A stretch of 64,000 bases of DNA, taken from sequence record MG655267.1, one strand, 5' to 3'. A program made the position numbers and the translations under genes. Every line of letters begins with the position of its first letter. Position 1 is the stretch's first letter. Of the stretch, positions 60,012 through 64,000 are shown piece by piece. The notes beneath the pieces are model-generated. The model did no database searches, had not been told where the DNA came from, and was given only the letters and a program-made list of their open reading frames with translations.

Positions 60012-60641
60012 ATGTACAATGAAAAGTTGGTAATTGTGCCAGCGCCAATCCTTCGGGCTATTCACAATGCAAAAGAAAGTGAAGCAATTTTAACGTGTCC
60101 GAAAAGAATGCTTTCCATATTATCCAGACGTGATGTCATTTTCTACTACGTGGTGAATACTCTTCTTTGTGACTATTCCTATAAAGCAGACCCAGCCAAC
60201 CCAGAACCACCATTGGTGTCGGCGCTGCGGGATCTGTTGTCACACACTAACGGCGTAATGAATGCCTTTACCTCGCCGGCGTGGGTTGCGTTTGTTGATG
60301 AGAACGACGCTGATATCCAAAGCGAGCGTCGACTGAAAGCGCGTAGTATCTATGAGTACCTGACTGGTGAACCGTATGCATGGAATTCAACAGAAGGTGA
60401 CGATTCTTTAAGCTATATCTATGACACCCAGGCGAAAGTCGTGGGAGGTGAAGCCGTTGCAGTGTTGATTAATGCTGTGAAGGAGAACGATAGTTACAAT
60501 ATCATCAGTCATCAACGTTTATTCGAACAAACCATTCTGGCGTTCACTACACTGACAGCAGACACCAAAAGCTTTGCTTCCCTTTATAAAGGCTTTTGTG
60601 AACTGGTTTACCAAGACTCGCTAATCCGACGTTTTGTGTAA
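60012..60641 (+). CDS. Hypothetical core protein upstream of the capsid gene (phiKZ gp119-like position)
   Basis: AAGGT SD; 209 aa; divergent from the helicase. Confidence 0.72.
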   Translation: MYNEKLVIVPAPILRAIHNAKESEAILTCPKRMLSILSRRDVIFYYVVNTLLCDYSYKADPANPEPPLVSALRDLLSHTNGVMNAFTSPAWVAFVDENDADIQSERRLKARSIYEYLTGEPYAWNSTEGDDSLSYIYDTQAKVVGGEAVAVLINAVKENDSYNIISHQRLFEQTILAFTTLTADTKSFASLYKGFCELVYQDSLIRRFV

Positions 60642-60646
60642 GAATC

Positions 60647-60663
60647 TATGTAATAGTATGTAA
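60647..60663 (+). promoter_or_regulatory. Putative late (non-virion RNAP) promoter(s) for the capsid gene
   Basis: Two TATGTAA copies 10 bp apart; TATG is the phiKZ late-promoter consensus. Confidence 0.55.
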
Positions 60664-60783
60664 ATTGCCATTTCGATGGCGGCGTACTGTTATGACCGTG
60701 TGTTAGCGCGACACAACCCCCTGTTTATGTACATAGACAGGTAATATCGAAAACTTATATAAGTTATTGAAGGAAACAACGAA

Positions 60784-63051
60784 ATGGCATTGAAACTTCT
60801 GCATGTAGCTAAAACCGCCGACATGCTGTCACGCATCCAATCTCAGATCAATGGCGGCCATGCATCAGGCGACGCTACCGCGGTTAAAAGCTACGGTATG
60901 GAGTCGCTTGACGGCAACACTCTGGGCGCGCAGGAAACCGCCATCAAAAATGGTATCTCTGTCATTACCGACGTGATCGCTCAGGGCACTGCATCTCAGG
61001 GCCAGAGCTACGCCGGTAACGGTCTGGAAGGTTTCTCTGATGCACAGATCCAAGCGGCATCAATCGCACTGACTATCGGTGGTGACTTCCAGGGTTACAT
61101 CGGTGCACTGAAAAACAACTCTAACCGTGCCATGTCTGCATCTGACCTGAGCCTGGTTTCCGGTAGCCGTTACGGCTCTGCTAACATGAAGCAGGGTTAC
61201 GGTACCGAAGCTTTCGAACAGGCGCAGAGCTTTGTTCCTCAGCAGAACGCAACGGTTGAATACAACCTGAAAGCGGCTAAGCAGGATGCCGTTGGTGAAG
61301 CCTTCTTCCCAACTACTACCCTGACGCCAAACGACATCGGCCTGAGCGTAACTGTGCCGGTTGACATCGTTGAACCTTTCATCAAGCACAAAGCAAATGG
61401 CGAAGTGACGGATTGGCAGCGTAAGAAGCTCATCAACGCAATGCGTGACCCGACCATTCTGCGTAACGACGCGATCAAGCTGATTCCTTATCGTCCACTG
61501 GACGGCAGCAACGACGCACAGTTCGCAGTAGGCGTGCCGAAGTTCAACGAAATTCAGGGCGGCGAAGAAGTACCAACTGGTGCACTGAAGCCTGGTATCA
61601 AAATCGGTTTCATGGGTCTGTGCTCTACTCCGTCTCTGGTTCAGGCCGGCGCGCTGGAAGCATCTGATCAGATCGACACCGGTGCTCGTCTGCAGTACAT
61701 CTGGATCGAAGTAGCTAACGCCTCTGGCACCAAAGAGCTGTTCAAGCTGCGTACTGATCACCTGGATCGTTCTACCTTCCAGAAATCTCAGGAAGGCGAT
61801 AAGTTCGAGACGTCTCTGGACTTCTCTAACATCACCATCGCGCTGAACGACCTGAACAAAACCACCGACAACACCGATTCAGCTCTGCTGGCTCCGTTGG
61901 TGACTTCTGGTCAGCAAGCGATCCTGGCGCTGGATATCAAAGGCACCATGAACCACGAGAAAGGCAGCCTGGTAGTTAACTCGCTGACTAACCCGTCTAT
62001 CATCCGTGTTTACGATACCGTGGCTAAAGAAGATGCGAACACCAAGTCTGGTGCTCTGCGTGACGCAATCGACGCTCTGACGATCACCTTCAAAGGTTAC
62101 TTCGTCCGCGCTAACCTGCGTAACAGCAACTTCCGTACCCGCGAGCAGCGTGTTGACCGCCAGACTTCCATGTACAAGTACATGGTACAGCTGGGCGCAC
62201 CAATCACTGCTATCGCTCCAGTAACTGACGCATGGGGCCCGAAAGAGTCTATCGCAGTTGAAACCCTGAGCAACGCAACGTATGCACGTAACTCCGCAAT
62301 GGCTATCAGCCGTCTGCTGGACTACGTTGAAACCATCCGTGATGCAGGCGTGACCAACAACGGTCTGTGGCAGCGTTACGATGAGAACAGCATCGAAGGC
62401 GTTGGTAAAGCTGTAGTTGATCCATGGTACGGCGAAGGTAGCTTTGACATCTCTAAAGTTGTCAACGGTGTTAAATCTTCTCAGACCCGCGACGACGTTT
62501 CTGAAAAGATCCTGAACATCCTGCGTACCTACGCATACCGCATGAACGCCGAGTCTGGCTACAACGTTGCACTGCAGATGCTGTACAACGAAGTTCAGCC
62601 AACGCTGGTTATCGCAACCGACAACATCATCGCGCAGTACCTGATGGAAGTTGGTGACCTCCGCACAGCTGGTATCAGCTTCAAAGTGCACGTGGCCACC
62701 ACCAACAACATCGAGATGCGCGGCAAGATCATCATGACCCTGTCTCGTATGAAGTCAGGCGGTCTGGATCTGCTGACGTTCGGTATGCACCTGTGGGTGC
62801 CTGAGATCGTAGCAACTGTTAACGTAATGCGTAACGGTACCTACATCGAAGAAACCATGGTGCAGCCGCGTAACCTGCACGTAGTGGTTTGCCCAATCGT
62901 GGCGAACATCACCATCACCGGTCTGGAAGAAGCGTACACCGGCAAGATCACTGTCCCTGTTGACATCGTGAGCGAGCCTGAGTCTGCTGGTACCCAGGAC
63001 CTGGGTGGTCTGAACACTACTCCGGCAACTACTACCAACCCTGCTGCGTAA
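60784..63051 (+). CDS. Major capsid protein precursor (phiKZ gp120-like)
   Basis: 755 aa; GAAGGA SD; extreme codon bias; GMES, GLEG and GTEAF maturation sites; C-terminal capsid motifs such as VQPRNLHVVVCPI; position after the DnaB/gp119 pair. Confidence 0.9.
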   Translation: MALKLLHVAKTADMLSRIQSQINGGHASGDATAVKSYGMESLDGNTLGAQETAIKNGISVITDVIAQGTASQGQSYAGNGLEGFSDAQIQAASIALTIGGDFQGYIGALKNNSNRAMSASDLSLVSGSRYGSANMKQGYGTEAFEQAQSFVPQQNATVEYNLKAAKQDAVGEAFFPTTTLTPNDIGLSVTVPVDIVEPFIKHKANGEVTDWQRKKLINAMRDPTILRNDAIKLIPYRPLDGSNDAQFAVGVPKFNEIQGGEEVPTGALKPGIKIGFMGLCSTPSLVQAGALEASDQIDTGARLQYIWIEVANASGTKELFKLRTDHLDRSTFQKSQEGDKFETSLDFSNITIALNDLNKTTDNTDSALLAPLVTSGQQAILALDIKGTMNHEKGSLVVNSLTNPSIIRVYDTVAKEDANTKSGALRDAIDALTITFKGYFVRANLRNSNFRTREQRVDRQTSMYKYMVQLGAPITAIAPVTDAWGPKESIAVETLSNATYARNSAMAISRLLDYVETIRDAGVTNNGLWQRYDENSIEGVGKAVVDPWYGEGSFDISKVVNGVKSSQTRDDVSEKILNILRTYAYRMNAESGYNVALQMLYNEVQPTLVIATDNIIAQYLMEVGDLRTAGISFKVHVATTNNIEMRGKIIMTLSRMKSGGLDLLTFGMHLWVPEIVATVNVMRNGTYIEETMVQPRNLHVVVCPIVANITITGLEEAYTGKITVPVDIVSEPESAGTQDLGGLNTTPATTTNPAA

Positions 63052-63076
63052 GCACCAGGCGCGAGAGTAATCCGTA

Positions 63077-63118
63077 GCGCATAAACAGAGGAGGAGCATT
63101 GCTCCTCCTCTTATGCCG
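63077..63118 (+). terminator. Hairpin + TTATGCCG element after the capsid gene
   Basis: GCGCATAA-AC-AGAGGAGGAGC-ATT-GCTCCTCCTCT-TATGCCG with no following U-tract. Confidence 0.75.
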
Positions 63119-63156
63119 TGTGATTTTATAGAGGCACACACCAGGGGCGGATAGTA

Positions 63157-63870
63157 ATGCTTGAATTACTAATGATAGGAAGGAAGAAAGCAACAGGGGG
63201 CGGGGTACCTGCGGATCTTGGACCAGGACCTGCCTCCATGCTTGGGTATTACGAGCGACCGGATGGTGGTAACTCAGGGTACTTCGGTACCTTTACTAAT
63301 TTTGTTTCAACAGCTGGGTTATGTCAATCTATCGGGTTAACTGCAGGTTACCAACAAATTGAGAATGCCACTTGGCATAAGTTTCTGTTAGATGGTAAGA
63401 TCCTCTTTATACCAACCAACTATATTGTGCGTAACCTCCATTGGAACTACATTTATAATGCCGGTGCGGTGTATGGCGATGACAGTTTTGGTGTTTATCA
63501 AAGCCCAACGCCAACAGCACAGAGTGCCAAGCATGTTACCGTGGATGGTCGGGTTTATCGCGTGCGGTTAGTATCTATCTCAAATGGTGATCCGGCTTTG
63601 ACAGGCCAAATCGATAAAACCACCGAATGGGGTCGGTTGATGTATCCGATTGATCCAACAGTCGATGCTAGTAATACTGAAGCGGGTAAGAAATGGGGTA
63701 ACGTGGGACTGCTTTTGAGTTCAACGCAGATTCTGGCAAAGGAGACCTACGCCAGCACACCTGCTAGTAGCCTGGTTGTGGTTACGAATTCTACGACACG
63801 CTCCGCTCAATCTAAATCATCCGCACCCAGTAACTGCACCTGGCGTCCGATTCTTGAACTTGTGCAGTAA
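63157..63870 (+). CDS. Putative virion structural protein, MLELLM family
   Basis: N-terminus MLELLMIGRKK; contains GPGP...GYFG, WHKFLLDGKIL, LIYNAGAVYG-like and WRPILEL motifs. Confidence 0.75.
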   Translation: MLELLMIGRKKATGGGVPADLGPGPASMLGYYERPDGGNSGYFGTFTNFVSTAGLCQSIGLTAGYQQIENATWHKFLLDGKILFIPTNYIVRNLHWNYIYNAGAVYGDDSFGVYQSPTPTAQSAKHVTVDGRVYRVRLVSISNGDPALTGQIDKTTEWGRLMYPIDPTVDASNTEAGKKWGNVGLLLSSTQILAKETYASTPASSLVVVTNSTTRSAQSKSSAPSNCTWRPILELVQ

Positions 63871-63874
63871 GCTC

Positions 63875-63906
63875 TAAGAGGAAGGCTCCGGCCTCCTCTT
63901 ATGCCG
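63875..63906 (+). terminator. Hairpin + TTATGCCG element
   Basis: TAAGAGGAAGGC-TCCG-GCCTCCTC-TTATGCCG. Confidence 0.7.
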
Positions 63907-63921
63907 ATCTGAAAGAATTAC

Positions 63922-63934
63922 AGACCTACATTAC
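63922..63934 (+). promoter_or_regulatory. Putative early promoter motif for a gene beyond the window
   Basis: AGACCTACATTAC directly after a terminator. Confidence 0.6.
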
Positions 63935-64000
63935 TAACTAGATGTAACAGCGACGCTAGTGTTTAGTTGAAGCCTTACATCTATGTGGAGTTAGGCGCGT

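Noticed and set aside
60865-63141. Minus-strand ORFs of 233 and 270 aa within the capsid gene
   Set aside because: Highly biased RNY-type codons of the capsid gene leave antisense frames open; there is no independent evidence.

Overview
This window is a segment of a phiKZ-like jumbo phage genome (nucleus-forming Chimalliviridae type). No host chromosomal genes, tRNAs, rRNAs or CRISPR arrays are recognisable. The conserved core runs in phiKZ gp75-gp120-like order: the C-terminal part of an SF2 helicase, a T4 gp26/gp51-like tail-assembly pair, the virion RNAP beta-prime C-terminal subunit, one half of the split family-B DNA polymerase, a large block of inner-head proteins with prohead-protease S/A/G-X-E sites, baseplate/neck proteins, a collagen-like fibre operon, thymidylate kinase, a DnaB-like helicase and the major capsid protein. 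phiKZ gene-number equivalences are inferred from position and motifs, not from a database search. Accessory islands lie at about 0.8-8.5 kb, 13.9-22.8 kb and 54-58 kb. The strongest leads are: (1) a candidate programmed -1 frameshift on a T8 run joining the two tail-assembly-chaperone-like ORFs; (2) a recurring hairpin + TTATGCCG gene-end signal that follows transcription direction and often replaces the U-tract; (3) a Tad2/DUF2829 nucleotide-sponge homologue beside a four-gene tandem paralogue array, inside an island bracketed by two paralogous HTH genes with duplicated upstream motifs; (4) an RBS-sequestering hairpin; (5) a virion protein with an intact zinc-metalloprotease motif and hydrophobic helices.
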